The translations under genes were made by a program, and so were the position numbers. The notes under the pieces are model-generated. The model ran no database searches. It was not told where the DNA came from and saw only the letters and a list, made by a program, of their open reading frames with translations. From Squalus acanthias (Eukaryota), in the NCBI GenBank assembly GCA_030390025.1, contig CM059432.1:110362001-110426000 (forward strand): a stretch of DNA of 64,000 nt, in the 5' to 3' direction. Position 1 is the first letter of the stretch; each line of letters begins with the position of its first letter. Shown here in pieces: positions 11,595-24,882 of this stretch.

Positions 11595-12168
11595 GACTGA
11601 AGTAATGCTAAACCTTTATAAAGCGCTGGTTAGGCCACAACTGGAGTATTGCGTCCAGTTCTGGTCACCACACTTTAGGAAGGATGTGAAGGCACTTGAA
11701 AGGGTGCAGAGAAGATTTACCAGAATGGTTCCAGGGATGGGGGATCTTAGCTACAAGGACAGGTTGGAGAAGCTGGATTTGTTTTCATTAGAGCAAAGGA
11801 GGTTGAGGGGTGATTTGATAGAGCTGTACAAGATTATGACGGGTTTGGATAAGCTAGACAGGGAAAGGCTGTTCCCACTAGTTGATGGTACAAGTACAAG
11901 GGGACACAGATTTAAGGTTTTGGGCAGGAGATACAGAGGGGATGTGAGGAAAAACTACTTTACGCAGCGAGTGGTGAGGACCTGGAATTCGCTGCCAACA
12001 GAAGTGGTGAAAGCGGAGACACTCAATGTTTTCAAGGGGAAACTTGAGGGAAATAAACTTGCAGGGCTACGGGGATAGAGCGGGGGAATGGGACTGACTG
12101 GATTGCTCTACAGAGAGCCGGCATGGACTCGATGGGCCGAATGGCCTCCTTCTGTGCCGTATGACTTA
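11595..12168 (+). mobile_element. CR1 3' fragment
   Basis: ORF 11581-12078 contains LYKALVRPQLEYCVQFWSPH; typical tail follows. Confidence 0.9.
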
Positions 12169-12269
12169 AATGAAACAATATGTAGCAGAGTTTCTACTGG
12201 TTTCACATCACAACAGTTATTCCAAATTACATTTGTGTGTGTTGTTTGTTAAAACTGCACTCTTTCGGA

Positions 12270-13450
12270 CCAATTTTAACCCTGCCCAGCACTTCTATTT
12301 CCCTTAAATCTTCTTTTCTCTTTACCCCTCCTAGGCCCCTCTCTCCTGTCGTCATGCCTCCTTTCATTTCTCCCCTCTTGGGTACTCTGCTCCCCACCCC
12401 CCAAAATCCCTCCCTAAATCCTTCACAGCTCCTCGACCTCCATACTCTCCTGCCGCCGTCCCAGGCTTGACTCCCTCTAGGCTAAGCCTACAGTTTCACT
12501 CTATGCCTCACTTGGCATCCTCCAAAGGGTCCATTGAGGCACTCATTACAGCAAGCCCAACTGCCCAATCCTACTCTCTCACCGACATTCCCCTCTGGGG
12601 GCTTACCTTGCCAACCTTCTTCCCATTCCATTCACCACACCAAACGCTGACCCTGTGGACTCTGCCCACAGATGGGCTATCACCGCCCCCCTCTCCGCAT
12701 CTACGTCCAGAATGTCCATTCACATGTGAACAAGGGCCTGGCCATCAGGAGCTTATTGTGAATGATTGCATCGACATTGTGGCCTTGACAAAAATTTGGC
12801 TGACATGTGATGACACCTTCCCCCTTAATGAAGCCTCCCCGCCTAGTTACACCTTCCACCACCTGCCCTGCCCAGACCATGATGGTGGTGTGGCCCTCAT
12901 CACCAAATCTCGGCTTGGTCTGTTTCCCTACTCCTCTGGCACCTTCTTCTCCTTGTTCCACCATTCTCGCCTCTCCTTTAAAATCATTGCTCTCTACCAC
13001 CCACCCAAGTTGCTCACCTAGATATCTTCACTAATTTTCTCCCTCAGCATCTGGACAAGCAACTTCTCATCCTTGGTGATTTCAACCTCCATTTCAACTC
13101 ATCACATCCTCTCTCCTCTGAGTTCACTGCCCTCCTATCCTTGCTTAATCTCTCCAGTCATATAAACTCGTCGACCCATACGCATGGCCACCCACTCAAC
13201 CTTTCCATCTCACCTGCAATGGCTTCTCTGCCCGCTCCCACACCACTACCTCTGAAGTCCCCCAAGGATCTATACTTGGCCCCCTCCCATCTCTCATCTA
13301 CATGCTTCCCCTTGGCAACATCATCCAAAAACACGTCAAGTTCCACATGTACGCTGATGATACCAAGCTATACCTCATCACCTCTCTCAAAACCTCCGCT
13401 GCATCTGATTGATCACACTGCTTGTCCGACATCCAGTATTGGATGAGCAG
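12270..13450 (+). mobile_element. Decayed L2-type LINE fragment with an internal deletion
   Basis: DIVALTKIWLTCDDTFPLNEASPPSYTFHHLPCP..GGVALI (APE); GDFNLH; then PQGSILGP-like and YADDTKLY RT motifs at about 13255-13375. Confidence 0.75.
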
Positions 13451-13824
13451 AAACCTCCAGTTCAATTGAGATTGATAGACTTTTGTTAGGCAAGGGTATT
13501 AAGGAGTACAGAACAAAGATGGGTAGATGTAGACAAGATACAGATCAGGCAAGATCTAATTGAATCAGGCTCAAGGGGCTGAATGGTCTCCTCCTGTGCT
13601 TATGTTCCAGCACCGAGCACACAATGAGGCCACCACCCGTTCATAACAGAAATCACAGTCCCTTTCTAAAGCAAAGATACAACCCACATGATTTAGTAAA
13701 GAATGCCATCTCTGAGCATAGCCTCCAACCCACTGAGTAGAGATTGCAGCCATCTCCAAACTCCCCCACTCCACTGAGTAGACATTGAATCCATTTCCAC
13801 ACCACCCATCCCGAACAGAGATTT

Positions 13825-14720
13825 CACATAGGATTACATAGGATTTACAGCACAGAAACAGGCCATTCGGCCCAACCAGTCCATGTCGGCAGTTATGCTC
13901 CACACGAGCCTCCTTCCGTCTTTTCTCATTTAAATCTATCAGCGTAACCCTCCATTCCCTTCTCCCTCATGTGTTTGTCTAGCCTCCCCTTAAATGCATC
14001 TATACTATTTGCTTCAACCACTCCTTGTGGTAGCGAGTTCCACATGTTCACCACTCTTTGGGTAAAGAAGTTTCTTCTGAATTCCCTGTTGGATTTCTTG
14101 GTGACTATCTTATATTGATGGCCTCTAGTTATGCTCTTCCCCACAAGTGGAAACATTCTTTCTGTATCCACTCTACCAAAACCTTTCATGATTTTAAAGA
14201 CCTTTATTAGGTCAGCCCTCAGCTTTCTCTATTCTAGAGCAAAGAGACCCAGCCTGTTCATCCTTTCCTGATAGGTGTACCCTCACATTTCTGGTGTCAT
14301 CCTCGTAAATCTTCTCTGCACCCTCTCCAGTGCATCTATATCCTTTTTATAATTTGGTGACCAGAACTGTACACATTACTCGAAGTGTGGTCTAACCAGG
14401 GTTTGATACAAGTTTAGCATAACTTCCCTACTTTTCAATTCTATCCCTCTCGAAATAAACCCTAGTGCTTGGTTTGCTTTTTTTGTGGCCTTGTTAACCT
14501 GTGTCGCAACTTTGAGATTTGTGTATTTGTACTCAGAGATTCCTTTGTTCCTCTACCCCACCTAGACTCGCACCCTCCAAGTAACAAATGACCTCCCTAT
14601 CCTTCCTACCAAAATGTAATACCTCACATTTATCTGTGTTGAACTTCATTTGCCAATTATTTGCCCATTCTGCAAGTTTATTAATGTCTTCCTGTAATTT
14701 GTTGCAGTCCTCCTCAGTAT
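13825..14720 (-). mobile_element. CR1 3' fragment
   Basis: ORFs 13926-14189 and 14533-14736; related to 18215-18947 and 49540-50300. Confidence 0.9.
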
Positions 14721-15279
14721 TTTGGCATAAATTCAATTCACAAACACGAACAGCAGCGATGAATCATCGATAACGAAGGAGGGGAAGCACTCAAACTGGA
14801 GCATGAACCATCTGCCTTACTGTACGACCCAAGGTAGGAAACTGGAAGACCATGGGCAGGAAAAGCAAATGTACCTCGCTAGAAATCAAGGTCCTTTTCA
14901 CACAGCTACTGAGCAAAAAGGCATGACATAACCCCTCCCCACCCATTCAGCTGCAATCAAAAACAACTCGTACCTCTTTCAGCCCCTTAACCAGAAGAAA
15001 CTCAGCACTACCTCCCACCCTAAAAAGAAAAATACTCCCTCTCCTACCCACCCACCTATAGAAATAGGCCCTGGCCCAGTATAGTTCCCCGCTCCCAGTA
15101 AGGAAAATTAGCCTAGTGCCACCTAACCTTTCCCATCCACTGCCATCCCCTTTCATCTACCCTTTTCCTACTCCTTTTAGGTTTCCCATGACAAACACAC
15201 GCCTCAACCGAGAGGGCAGCCAACCAGGCCCCATGACTGCCAAATCCACCTTGTGCCCAGCCATTAAAAATTCAAGATA

Positions 15280-15560
15280 GCTAGTCAGTCCCTCAGTGGC
15301 TTAGCGAGGTTGTACAGTTCGTTCCATGTCTGTGCTAATTAGCTGATTTCAGCCAGAGCAGTGTTGGGGCACTACAATAAGCCCCAGTATCCAAATTAAG
15401 ATGAAAAATCAGTCGCCATTCGTCCCCCGATTGCTATGTAGCAAGCCCTGCTGGAGCTTGCATTTGTTCATGTTGGGTGAGGGCAGGATTAGACTCAACT
15501 GCAAAAGCTCCATACTGCCCCAGCAGTAGAGACAACACCTTCAGGAGAGAGGGGAGGAAA
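15280..15560 (+). repeat. Probable old SINE relic
   Basis: Resembles an elasmobranch SINE body I recall (tgtgctaattagctgatttcagcc...ggggcactacaat...ccttcaggagag). No second copy in the window; unverified. Confidence 0.35.
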
Positions 15561-16006
15561 GAAACTAAAGATTCCAGTCATGCCCATACTGACCAGGAAC
15601 TTGCTACACGTGTAACTACATTCTGCAGCACAGCTCAGCATTAGCTTAGGCTCCCATTATCTCTGAACATTTCATTTATCAGTCAAACCTTTAGCCATCA
15701 AAGCTTATAGCGCCATCCTGAAGCAGATAGCAGTTTCTGAAGTCCTAATAATGTCCAATGGGATAAGTCACAGCGGTGTCTTGCAATACATGGTGTACAG
15801 TACTATTTTTAACTTCAGGAAAACTTGCAATTAATTCACTTCTGACAAAGTACTTTCATTTCACAGCTAGAAAAGAAAAGAGCTTTCTATTCACAATTAA
15901 AGACCAGGAGCAGACACCAAGCAAATTTTAAACCAATTCGTTTTCCCGCTCCATTTGCTTTTTGGTCATGATGGCCAATAATCTATTTCATAATTAGTCA
16001 TTCTTA

Positions 16007-16151
16007 GGGGTGAAATTCAACTTCAGCGGGGGGCACAAGACAGGTGGCAAGCGATTGGCCGCCTGTAATACACCCTGCCTGAATCTCACTCCATTGAAGT
16101 CACTCCGATCCGACCTGTTTTGCACCCCCACTTAAATTGATTTTCACCCCC
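16007..16151. mobile_element. Short palindromic MITE (about 145 bp)
   Basis: TIRs ggggtgaaattcaa / ttgattttcacccc, plus inner arms ggggcacaagacaggt / acctgttttgcacccc; TSD degenerate. Confidence 0.65.
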
Positions 16152-16302
16152 TCAGTTAACGGAGTTTCATTGGAAACTCAGACCAAACACTTGCATTATA
16201 ATCTTATCCTCCATATCTTCTGTCCAATCAGTATGCCACAGTATTTGAACATAGGTTTGGGATTTGAAATTTTGCCCTCATCCCCTGCACTGGGGAAACA
16301 TT

Positions 16303-17046
16303 GGCCCAGAAATTGATCTCGCTCTGTTCCCGCGGGGGTAAGGCTTCCCCGCGATCTCTCACCTCGCTTGTGCTTTTTCAGATCCAGCTCGCACGAACTT
16401 GATGTTCTAGAGATCAGCTGGGCAGTGCTTGCGTATCCCAGCGGCGTAGTGAATTCGTGCGAGCTGTGGGATCACGTGACTCAGTTAGAGCCAATGGCAG
16501 CACACCATCTTCCATTCATAAGTTTCACAGCACGGCTGTGAAATCTATGAATCTTACACCCCCCCAAAATAACAGCTAAACCTCAATTAAATTTTAAAAA
16601 AAAACCATCACATTAATAAAATAAGTATAGTTAATTAAATTAACCATTTTAAATAAAAAATTAAATTTTTGAAAAAATTTAAAATCTTTTAAAAAGTTAT
16701 AAAAATAAACTTACCTGTCTTTAAAGTCTCTAAAAAAGATATACCTGTTAAAAAAAATTCAAAAAAATACTTAATTCACTACTTACCTTCTTAAAAGTGG
16801 GTCTTACTCCTCCTTTTTACATTTCCAAAATCTTCCGTACTTACCTGCGCGTCCAAAGCATGAAGTGCACAGCGTGCGCGCAGCCTGTAGCGCACACGCG
16901 ATGCACCCAGGACCCGCCCCCTTTTCAGAAAAGCAATTGCCGGTTTTCAGCGCATGCGCAGGGCATGCAGAAAACCGGCAATTGGAGTGGGAATACGCGA
17001 GAGTACGCAGTGCGTACTCTCGCGTCCCGGGATCAATTTTCGGCCC
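16303..17046. mobile_element. Harbinger-type MITE family B (744 bp)
   Basis: TIRs ggcccagaaattgatc / gatcaattttcggccc; TSD ATT; near-identical inverted copy at 55259-56002. Confidence 0.9.
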
Positions 17047-18214
17047 ATTATTCTTTGTGCCATTTCTAGTGCACTGGTAATGAAAACTCCTGTCTGCTAG
17101 TTCATTAAAGTGATGACTCCATCTATTTGAACAGATTTTGTAGAAAATAGTGTACTGGAATTTGACATCAAAGTGTTAATCAGTGCACTAAAATATCTCT
17201 CAGAAGAATTTCAACCCTTGCGTAAAGAACAACGATAACCTTCAACACTGGAGCAATTGCAGGGAATTCATGGTTTCCTGAGATGGTGCTTTTGGAAGTT
17301 TTCAGCTCATACACAGTGGCAAAAAATACGAATATTACAGTCAAAATACAACTCAAGTATCAAGAATAGCTTTATCTCTGCATCATTAAATTATTAAAAT
17401 AAAGACTGAAATCGATTACATTGTTTAAGAATACAAATTCTGATAGTCTCGCCATCCTTTTCTCCCATTCTCTCTTCTTTCCCCTTTCCTCTCCAGCCTT
17501 TTTGGAAAAACCTTCTCAATCTTTTCTACTCTTTATATTTCTCCTACTAGAACAGAGATGCAACACGTTTGAGTTTTTACACTAGATATTTTCTTGGATT
17601 CTGCATCAGCATTCCCAGAAGCAGACCTCACGTTCCCTTCAATCTGGAGTGTACCATTTTCTGCCCAATACTTGATATTTGTAAGAATACGGGCTGATGA
17701 GGGTATTTAGAAGGATTAGGCATTGCAAGAGTTAAATGATCCTAAGCGTTTTGCTAGAATTGTTATTCTGAAAATTCAACCACTTTTGGACTCTCAGGAT
17801 GACATACGATCACAAGTGTCATGATTGCTTAAATAAAAATCATAACTATCACCAATATGGAGTCAGCTTCGAACTAGTGAACAGATATTTAAAAGGGACT
17901 TTAAATTTATTACATATCAGAACCCAGGGATCATAACACAGAACCCATACAATAATTTTATGACGTGCTGTCATGCAAATTCTCCTCTCTAACAGCAGAC
18001 TAGGTAAACACTCTTACCAAATCCAAACACAGGCTTCAAATCAATTACTTACACAAGGTAGATGAACAAACAATGCACAGAGATATACATTTCCCTGCAC
18101 TCCTCAATATACACACAACTCAAATTCTGTCTAAGCATGTACCTTAAAACAGAAGACCATTTACTGTGAACTCAATCAACACAGCTCCCTGGCTAAACTG
18201 GCTCACATTACATT

Positions 18215-18947
18215 TCATAGAATATACAGCACAGAAACAGGCTATTCGGCCCAACTGGTCGAAACTCCATACAAAAGTACTCCCACCCTACTTCATCTAA
18301 CCCAATCAGCATAACCTTCTACTCCTTTCTCCCTTCAGTATTTATTTAGCTTCCCCTTAAATGTATCTATGCCATTTGCCTCAACTACTTCTTATGGTAG
18401 CGAGTTCCACATTCTCACCACTCTCTGGGTAAAGAGGTTTCACCTGAATTCCCTATTTGATTTATTGGTGACTGTCTTATATTTATGACCCCCTAATTTT
18501 GGTCTCACCACAAGTGAAAACATCTCCGCTACCCTATCAAACCCTTTCATAATCTTAAAGACTTCTATCAGCTCACCCCTCAGTCTTCTCTTTAGCACCA
18601 GCTTGTTCAGTCTTTCCTGATAGGTATATCCTCTCAGTTCTGATATCATCCTGGTAAATCTTCGCCAATGTCTCTAGATCCTTTTTATATGGAGACCAGA
18701 ACTGTACACAGTAGTCCAAGTGTGGAATACAAGTTTAACATAACTTCTCTGCTTGTCAATTCTATTCCTTGAGAAATGAACCCCAGTGCTTTGTTTGCTT
18801 TTTTTTTAATGGCCTTATTAACCTGCATCACTACTTTTAATGATTTGTGAATCTGTACCCCTAGATCCTCTACCCCACTGAGACTCTTATTTTGCAAGGA
18901 GTATGTGGCCTCCTTATTCTTCCAACCAAAATGCACCACCTCATACC
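18215..18947 (-). mobile_element. CR1 3' fragment
   Basis: ORFs 18440-18649 and 18685-19008; tail at 18215. Confidence 0.85.
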
Positions 18948-20722
18948 TACATAAGAACATAATAGGAGCAGAAGTAGGCCATTCGGCCCTTCGAGCCTGC
19001 TCCGCCATTCAATGAGATCATGGCTGATCTTCTGCTTCAACTCCATTCACCGGCCCTATCGCCATATCCCTTGATGCCCTTACTAGTCAGAAATCTATCG
19101 ACTTCTGTTTTGAATATACCCAATGACTGAGCCTCCACAGCCTGGGGTAGAGAATTCCAAAGATTCACCACCCTCTGAAGAAATTTCTTCTCATCTCAGT
19201 CCTGAATGGCCTACCCTTTATCTTGAGGCTGTGGCCCCTGGTTCTAGACTCCCAAGCCAAGGGAAGCTTTCTCCTAGCATCCACCCTATCAAGCCCTGTA
19301 ATAATTTTGTATGCTTCAATGAGATCCCCTCTCATTCTTCTGAATGCAAGAGAATACAGGCCTAGTTTACTCAATCTCTTCTCATACGACAGTCCCGCCA
19401 TCCCAGGAATCAATCTCGTGAACCTTCGTTGCACTCCCTCTATGGCAAGTATATCCTTCCTTAGGTAAGGAGACCAAAATTGTACACAGTACTCCAGGTG
19501 TGGTCTCACCAAGGCCCTATATAATTGGAGTAAGACTTCTTCACTCCTGTACTCAAATCCTCTTGTAATGAAGGCCAGCATACCATTTGCCTTCCTAATG
19601 GCTTGCTGCACCTGCACATTCACTTTCAGTGACTCATGTACAAGGACACCCAGGTCCCTTTGAGCATCTGCATGCCCCAATCTTTCACCATTTCGGAAAT
19701 ACTTTGCCTTTCTGTTTTTTCTCCTAAAGTGGATAACTTCACATTTATCCACATTATATTCCATCTGCCATGTTCTCGCCCACTCACTGAGCCTGTCGAG
19801 TTCCCCTTCAAGCCTCTTCACATGCTCTTCACAACTGACAATGCCACCTAGTTTTGTGTCATCAGCAAATTTGGAAATGTTACATTTAGTCCCCTCATCC
19901 AAATCATTGATATAGATTGTGAATAGCTGGGGCCCAAGCACCGATCCTTGCGGTACCCCACTAATCACAGCCTGCCATCCTGAAAAAGACCCGTTTATCC
20001 CTACTCTTCGTTTTCTGTCTGTTAACCAATTCTCAATCCATGCCAGTATATTACCCCCAATTCCATGTGCCCTAATTTTGTTCACCAACCTCTTGTGTGG
20101 GACCTTATCGAAAGCCTTCTGAAAATCCAGATACACCACATCTACCAGTTCCCATTTGTCTACTCCACTAGTTACATCCTCAAAGAACTCCAATAGGTTT
20201 GTCAAACAGGATTGCCCTTTCATAAATCCATGTTGACTCTGCCCAATCTTACTATTAGTTTCTAAGTGCCCAGTTATTGCATCCTTTATAACAGATTCCA
20301 ACATTTTCCCAACTACTGATGTGAGGCTAACAGGTCTGTAGCTCCCAGTTTTCACTCTCCCTCCTTTCTTAAATAACGGTGTTACATTTGCTATCCTCCA
20401 ATCTGCAGGAACCGTTCCAGAATCTATAGAATTTTGGAAGATGACAGCCAATGCGTCCACTATCCCAATGGCCACCTCTTTCAAATCCCTAGTATGTAGG
20501 TCATCTGGTCCTTGGGATTTATCAACTTTTAGCCCCATTAATTTTGCTGGTACTGTTTTTTTTACTAATAATAATTTCTTTAAGTTCCTCATTCTCACCA
20601 CACTCTTGGTTTTCTCGTATTTCTGGGAGGTTTTTTGTGTCTTCCTCCGTGAAGACAGAAACAAAGTATTTATTTAATTTCGTTGCCATTTCCTCATTCC
20701 TCATTATAAATTCTCCCGTCTC
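18948..20722 (-). mobile_element. 5'-truncated CR1 with an open RT domain
   Basis: 499-aa ORF 19165-20664 with YRPVSLTS, YLDFQKAFDKVPH, GVPQGSVLGP and KFADD. Confidence 0.95.
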
Positions 20723-20723
20723 T

Positions 20724-21878
20724 TGATGGTGGGGGATTTGGCGATGGTAATGCCATTGAATGTCAAGGGGCAGTGGTTAGACTCTCGCTTGTTGGAGATA
20801 GTCATTGCCTGGCACTTAAGTAGCAGACAACATTCGCGCCACACATCAGCTCAAGCCTGAACGTCGTCCAGGTCTTGTTGCATGCGGGCATGGAGAGCTT
20901 CATTATCTGAGGAGTTGTGAATGGCACTGAACACTGTGCAGTCATCAGCGAACATCCCCATTTCTGACCTTATGTTGGAGGGAAGGTCATTCATGAAGCA
21001 GCTGAAGATGGTTGGTCCTAGGACACTGCCTAAGGAACTCCTGCAGCGATGTCCTGGGGTTGTGATGGTTGACCTTCAATCACCACAACCATCTTCCTTT
21101 GTGCTAGGTAGGACTCCAGCCAGTGGAGAGTTTTCCCCCCCAATTACCATTGAGTTCAGTTTTACTAGGACTCCTTCATGCCACACTCGGTCAAATGCTG
21201 CCTTGATGTCAAGGGCAGTCACTCTCACCTCACCTCTCGAATTCAGCTCCTTTATCCATGTTTGGACCAAGGCTGTAATGAGGTTGGGAGCCGAGTGGTC
21301 TTGGTGGAACCCAAACTGGGCATCAGTGAGCAGGTTACTGGTGAGTATGTGCCACTTGATAGCACTGTCGATGGCACCTTCCATCACTTTGCTGATGATT
21401 GAGAGTAGACTGATGGGGCGGTAATTGGCCGGATTGGATTTGTCCTGCTTTTTGTGGACAGGACATACCTGGGCAGTTTTCCACATTGTTGGATAGATGC
21501 CAGTGTTGTAGCTGTACTGGAACAGCTTGGCTAGAGGCACGGCTAGTTCTGGAACACAAGTCCTCAGCCCGATAGCCGGGATGTTGTCAGGGCCCATAAC
21601 CTTTGCTGTATCCAGTGCGCTGAGCCGTTTCTTGACATCACGTGGAGTGAATCGAATTGGCTGAAGACTGGCTTCTGTGATGGTGGGGGCCTCAGGAGGA
21701 GGCAGATATGGATCATCCACTCGGCACTTCTGGCTGAAGATGGTTGCAAACGCTTCAGCCTTGTCTTTTGCACTCACGTGCTGGGCTCCACCATCATGTA
21801 GGATGGGGATATCCATGGAGCCTCCTCCTCCCGTTAGTTGTTTAATGGTCCACCACCATTCACGACTGGATGTGACAG
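20724..21878 (-). mobile_element. Internal fragment of the same LINE family as 6151-9400
   Basis: Collinear with about 6826-7975 (SSREWWWTIKQLTGGGGS...LDIKAAFDRVWH...); contains a 27-bp inversion. Confidence 0.9.
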
Positions 21879-22884
21879 AACTTAGCTTCATTCTTCTTCC
21901 TTCTGGCACCCAAATCCACTTTTGATGCAAGAGCAACTTAAAAATTACATAGATTTTGGAAACGTAATGTTGATTCCAAGTGCCTTTCCCCATAGAATCA
22001 TACATCACAGAAGGGCCCAGTAGGAGGCTATTCAGCCCATCGTGCCTGTGCCAGCTCTTTGAAAGAGCTATCTAATTTGTCCCACTCCCCTGCTCTTTCC
22101 CCACAGCCCTGTAAATTTCTCCTTTTCAAGTAGTTTAGCCAACTGAAAGGCAGAAGTGATGATGGTTGAGTTGGTTGCATTGTGGATAGGACCAGGTCAA
22201 TCTCTGCGTCATTATACAGGTCAAAAGTGGAAAAAGCTGCTGAGGGATAGATATACTCAGCAGCAGCCTAAAGAGTAATAAACCACATTATTAGCACAAA
22301 CTTTGCAAAAAATCTGAAGAGCACATGAATATCCACTCGTGTGCAACATCATCTCTCTCACAGAAGGGACTACAATCAAGCAAGCCTGCCTCAGCTGTCA
22401 TTTCACATCTTTTAAGCCTTTATCTCAAATCCCTCATCAATTTAACAGAAATATATAGCTTACTTACATCGAGATAACTGGGCCCTTACTGTTCGTGCAC
22501 TCGGCCAAAAGCAAATTCTGTTTCTTCTCTCCTTTCAAGTCTCCTGTGAAATGCAGCTTCACCTGCCAACAGGACAGCTGGAGACCTGATCCTAGGCCAG
22601 TGTCAATTCTCTCCATAGATAGACAACAGGAAGTGAGAGAGCAGCCAGACGGGACGGTCGGATTTTTTTTTCCCTCCTACTCTGAGGAGACGCACCTGAC
22701 CTGCCCTTTTCTCATTGTCACTCGCACTCACTCACAGGAGGAAGCGCTCGGCCACGTGCCTGCACTGAACCACTCTACAGCACACTTTGCTGAAGCCCTT
22801 GATGCGCATCACTGAGTTTCTTTCCTAGTAGAGATGTCTCCTGATGCCATTTCAACTCAATTCAAAAAACAGGTGAACAGTTTG

Positions 22885-23217
22885 TTGACTATTCCAATGG
22901 TCTCCTGGCTGACCTCCCATCCTCTAAACTTAAACTCATCCAAATCTCCGCAGCTCATATCCTATTCCACACCAAGGCCCGCTTGACCATCATCCCACTC
23001 CTTGCTGACCTACGCTCTGAAATTCCCCTCCTAAACTGCTTCTCCACTTCCCTCTTCTCCTTTCAGACCCTCCTTACAACCCACCTCTCTAACCAAGCTT
23101 TTTGTACCCACTCCTAATATTTGTTTGGCTCAGCACCAATTTTTCCCCCTTATGCCTTTGGGAAGCACATTGGAAGATTTTTCTACATTAAAGGCACTAT
23201 ATAAATTCAAGTTGTTG
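22885..23217 (+). mobile_element. L2-type LINE 3' end
   Basis: gactattccaatggtctcctggct (DYSN-like) and tail aaaggcactatataaattcaagttgttg. Confidence 0.7.
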
Positions 23218-23270
23218 TGTGAATAGAGAAAGAACCCTAAAATTGCCCTCTACAGGCACCTAGAAATATT

Positions 23271-24882
23271 GGCCCTGAATTTGTGGTCGGAGGCTTCCCG
23301 CGGGAAATGTCTCTGATCCGCAAATAAAATGGCCGCGTACCTGGTGGTCCAGGACCCACGGAGACTCGCGCTCCTGGGCCTCTCCGGGTATCCACGGGAA
23401 GAGGCCCACGTATCCCGGGGCGCACGCGGTTCATAAGTGCCCCTGGGATCACATGGGCCAGCCCAACTAATGAAATGAACTAAACGTATGTACGGAATCC
23501 CCATAAACATGAATGGGAATAGCCAAAAAAAATACAAGTACACGTCAAATAAATTAAAAAATTGCATATTTAAAATTAATTCAAATGCCATTTAATTAAA
23601 TATTTAAAATGAAAAATATAATTTTTTGAAAAATAAATGTAAATGTTTTAAAGGGGCTAAAAATAACCTTACATCACAGGTTTTTTCCATTGAAAAAAAT
23701 TTATTTTGATATTCATTTAAACTCTTAGGGGGAAAAATTAGGTCGCGCCCCATTTGGGGCGCAAATATCGTCTGGACGCAAATATTAGCGCCTGGCGCTA
23801 ATTATCGGCACTGACTGGAAACTTCACTTTTACCGCCCCGGGAGGTGAGTGGAGCGCTAAATCAGGCGCTGCACACCTGTCTTAAGGCGCAAAGGCCAAG
23901 GAGTGAGGCGCTACCTCAGAGCACTGGCGAAGCTCATGTAATGTCAGTCAGCAATGGAACACACACACAATGGCACGGGCCAGTTCTTAAAGGGGATGGT
24001 TAATCTTGCTTTCCATCCACATCCTGTTCATTGCAGCCTTGAATCTCGGCCTGGAGAGACTTGCACATCAAATGTGCTGGAAAGAACAATGGAGAGTATC
24101 AGGCAAAGAGCTCAGAGTGCAGCTCCCACAGTCTCTGCTAAATCGATACAAGGAATGGCAAATCAAAATGAACCTGCAAAGTGCTGCTCAGTACCCAAAA
24201 CTCCTTCACACAACGTTGAATCTCTCCAGAAGTCTCTCCCTCTCGCTCTCAGAATGCGTAGTTCAAAAATGCCACCAACAATAAAAGGCAGGAAGAGGCC
24301 CCCTTTAAATAGCACCCCCCCCAGCCCCACAGCGATTGATAGCGTTCCAGTCTTCTGGTCGTTGGATGCGCCAGGCGGTAAGGCAGGGGGCGCCACTCAA
24401 TTTCCGCTCCGGGGCGCCACAAGGGCGTTGCACCATGGAATGACATCACAATCTGCGTGCGCAGGTGGTCGCAGCGGTAAAGTTTAGCGCCGCCGCACAA
24501 TCTCTAGTTAAGTTCCCGAGCGGCGCAAACATCGCTGCGCCCGGGCGTTAGCGGCTTTGCGCCCCATTAGCGCCCTCTTAAGGCGCTAACGGGAGGCGCA
24601 ACCAACTGAATTTTTACCCCTTACACTGGTAAAAGCAGGCTTTACGCTTGCTTTTACCAGGCGTAAGAATTTCACGGGCATTCGCTGTGCATAAGTTGGG
24701 CAAATAGCTCAACTCTCCGCACGCGGATGCCCTTTTCCTGGGGATACGTTGGATCTGTCGGGAAGATTCTTGACAGATCACAAGTTCCGTGCTTCAGTGC
24801 ATGCGCTTCGCGCGTGAAAACCTAGAACTTGCGGGGCCCTTACAGGCGCGTATGCACCCATAGGGGCCGCAAAATACGGGCC
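23271..24882. mobile_element. Harbinger-type MITE family C with a nested family A copy
   Basis: Imperfect TIRs ggccctgaatttgtgg / ccgcaaaatacgggcc; GC-rich arms with an AT-rich core as in family B; TSD not clear. Confidence 0.65.
23728..24620. mobile_element. Harbinger-type MITE family A, second copy (893 bp)
   Basis: Collinear with 190-1082; TSD TTA (23725-23727, 24621-24623). Confidence 0.9.

Noticed and set aside
17420..17720. Purine-rich minus-strand reading frames
   Set aside because: Interrupted by stops, with no clear splice sites or homology.
22860..22895. Minus-strand VNKLFT as part of the OXR1 LysM exon
   Set aside because: The surrounding residues do not match and it overlaps the start of an L2 fragment.
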